From an uncultured Salinarchaeum sp. (GTDB taxonomy: Archaea; Halobacteriota; Halobacteria; Halobacteriales; Salinarchaeaceae): a DNA stretch of 23,688 bases. Numbering within the stretch: position 1 is the first letter of the stretch; each line of letters starts with the position of its first letter. Position numbers and translations under genes: made by a program. Shown here in pieces: positions 22,666-23,688 of the stretch. A model generated the notes under the pieces. The model did no database searches. It saw only the letters and a program-made list of their open reading frames with translations, and had not been told where the DNA came from. The stretch lies in assembly GCA_964520165.1 (NCBI GenBank), contig CAZFMU010000007.1:1-23688 (forward strand). The letters run 5' to 3'.

Positions 22666-23688
22666 TTACAGATGTTCATTAAGCGCATCTCGGAAATGAA
22701 TAACTGTATCAAACCTTTCTGATGGGTTACTATCCAGCGCCTTTTGAATGACTTCCTCAATACCCGCATCGGAATTCACAGACGGAGTTGAATGTGAGTG
22801 ACTTGGGGGTGATCCGGTTAAAGCCTCATATGTAGTCGCTCCCAGACGGTAAATGTCTGCTTGTTCTATCTTTGGGCTCTCAGTCGCCGTGGGTAACTGG
22901 TACGGGTCACGACGTGGAACAAGTTGATCCAATATCCCACGGAGCGTTACGCGCATGTCGTCATCAACTAGAATGGATTCGGGTGTGAGTGCCTCATATA
23001 CTCCGCCGTACCGCTGAACGTGATGAACAGCGTCGCAAGATTTGATTATCGTTTTGATTACCTGCGTCTCGGTGAACTCATCAACGCGGTCTGACAGCGA
23101 AGCGGAAGTAGCTGGCTCTACGGCTGCCCAAGGTAAGGGTTCTCTACCATGTGCATGGACAGTCAAAAGATCGGGATGGGCGTCCATCTCAGCCCACAGC
23201 CTAATGTGCTCTGAAATCTGATCTATTTGGTCATTTGTGAGTGTCTCCGTCTTTTTTCTTGAGGGCTGAATTACCCAGACAGTCGTATTCTCGGCTGATG
23301 CACTTAGGATCTCAATACCGTCGGTGCTAATAATGCTATCCTCTATATTGATATCATCATATCCGTTGATATCAAGTGTTGGAGATATTCTGGAATTTAC
23401 TGCTGTTTCTTTCCGGGGGTTTCTAGGATTACTCCTAGACCCATTCGCATTATTATCACTATCCGATGATGTCGCGAGCTGATATCCTAAATAGCCCGCA
23501 CCGATGGTTGCCAAACTTCCTCCCGCGAGCACCACTGGATTCGTTGTCAAATTTTTCGCTTGACTGAAAAACAACATAGGGGCGCCTGTACTATTACCAG
23601 GTTCTCTCTGGGTGGTATCTGATTGTTGAGTTCTGGATGTAGTTCCATCAGATCCATCGGGGTGAGACTCAGACGAATCTCCTGTGGT
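22666..23688 (-). CDS. Degenerate kinase-like (pseudokinase) membrane protein in lower-GC sequence; the ORF is open to the window edge and probably partial
   Basis: Recognisable kinase-fold remnants aligned to the neighbouring kinases: RLWAEMDAHPDLLTV, EPLPWAAVEPA and ADIYRLGATTYEALTGSPP. The conserved Lys, the catalytic loop (YEALTPESIL) and DFG (RGI) are all lost. A TM helix (VVLAGGSLATIGAGYLGYQLA) precedes the domain. The first ATG is at 23575-23577, but the reading frame continues without a stop for 37 more S/T/D-rich codons to position 23688. Confidence 0.65.
   Translation of the reverse strand, partial: TTGDSSESHPDGSDGTTSRTQQSDTTQREPGNSTGAPMLFFSQAKNLTTNPVVLAGGSLATIGAGYLGYQLATSSDSDNNANGSRSNPRNPRKETAVNSRISPTLDINGYDDINIEDSIISTDGIEILSASAENTTVWVIQPSRKKTETLTNDQIDQISEHIRLWAEMDAHPDLLTVHAHGREPLPWAAVEPATSASLSDRVDEFTETQVIKTIIKSCDAVHHVQRYGGVYEALTPESILVDDDMRVTLRGILDQLVPRRDPYQLPTATESPKIEQADIYRLGATTYEALTGSPPSHSHSTPSVNSDAGIEEVIQKALDSNPSERFDTVIHFRDALNEHL

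Noticed and set aside
1-23688. CRISPR arrays, tRNA/rRNA genes, IS elements or transposases, integrases
   Set aside because: There are no regularly spaced direct repeats, no T-loop or acceptor-stem signatures, and no DDE or tyrosine-recombinase ORFs on either strand.

Overview
The sequence looks haloarchaeal: predicted proteins are strongly acidic, several carry Tat signal peptides, and promoters are archaeal TATA-type. Composition is mosaic by eye, with roughly 48-52% GC in most genes, AT-rich spacers, and a GC-rich block of about 60% GC from about 15.1 to 20.8 kb. I could not compute GC content. I found no rRNA, tRNA, CRISPR array or transposase. The window is dominated by a dense Hanks-type Ser/Thr phospho-signalling neighbourhood. 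There are two apparently active receptor-like kinases with catalytically dead paralogues. Kinase 15146..17353 is paired with pseudokinase 17419..19614, and both have a Tat signal, an 8-blade PQQ-like beta-propeller, one transmembrane helix and a kinase domain. Kinase 20959..22476 has C-terminal transmembrane helices, and a degenerate pseudokinase at 22666..>23688 runs off the window. Upstream on the minus strand lie a PP2C phosphatase (6019..6735) and a protein with an FHA domain and a zinc ribbon (6827..7528). They end a string of minus-strand genes with overlapping start/stop codons that encode membrane and cytoskeleton-like proteins. These are a flotillin-like protein (SPFH/band-7 domain with coiled coil) flanked by zinc ribbons (13005..14837), a 2-TM coiled-coil protein, a coiled-coil protein, a bactofilin-like beta-helix protein and a zinc-ribbon protein rich in Thr/Ser/Asp. 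Three of these proteins share a recurring C-terminal peptide module that is conserved even at the DNA level. Convergent to the PP2C gene is a three-gene unit: a small 2-TM protein, an ESCRT-III/Snf7-like protein (4132..4782) and a Vps4/CdvC-like ATPase with a MIT domain (4786..5943). Such units are sporadic in FtsZ-dividing haloarchaea. A further operon encodes a 659-aa coiled-coil protein and a 195-aa partner (3644..1081). I propose the ensemble as a candidate, largely uncharacterised, phospho-regulated membrane-remodelling/cytoskeletal system. It combines kinases, pseudokinases, PP2C, FHA, zinc-ribbon proteins, flotillin-like, bactofilin-like and ESCRT-III/Vps4-like components. The first roughly 1.08 kb has no credible haloarchaeal-type ORF and may be non-coding or hold a structured RNA. 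Start codons were checked against the sequence. Several ORF-track starts are GTG or TTG, and alternatives are noted.
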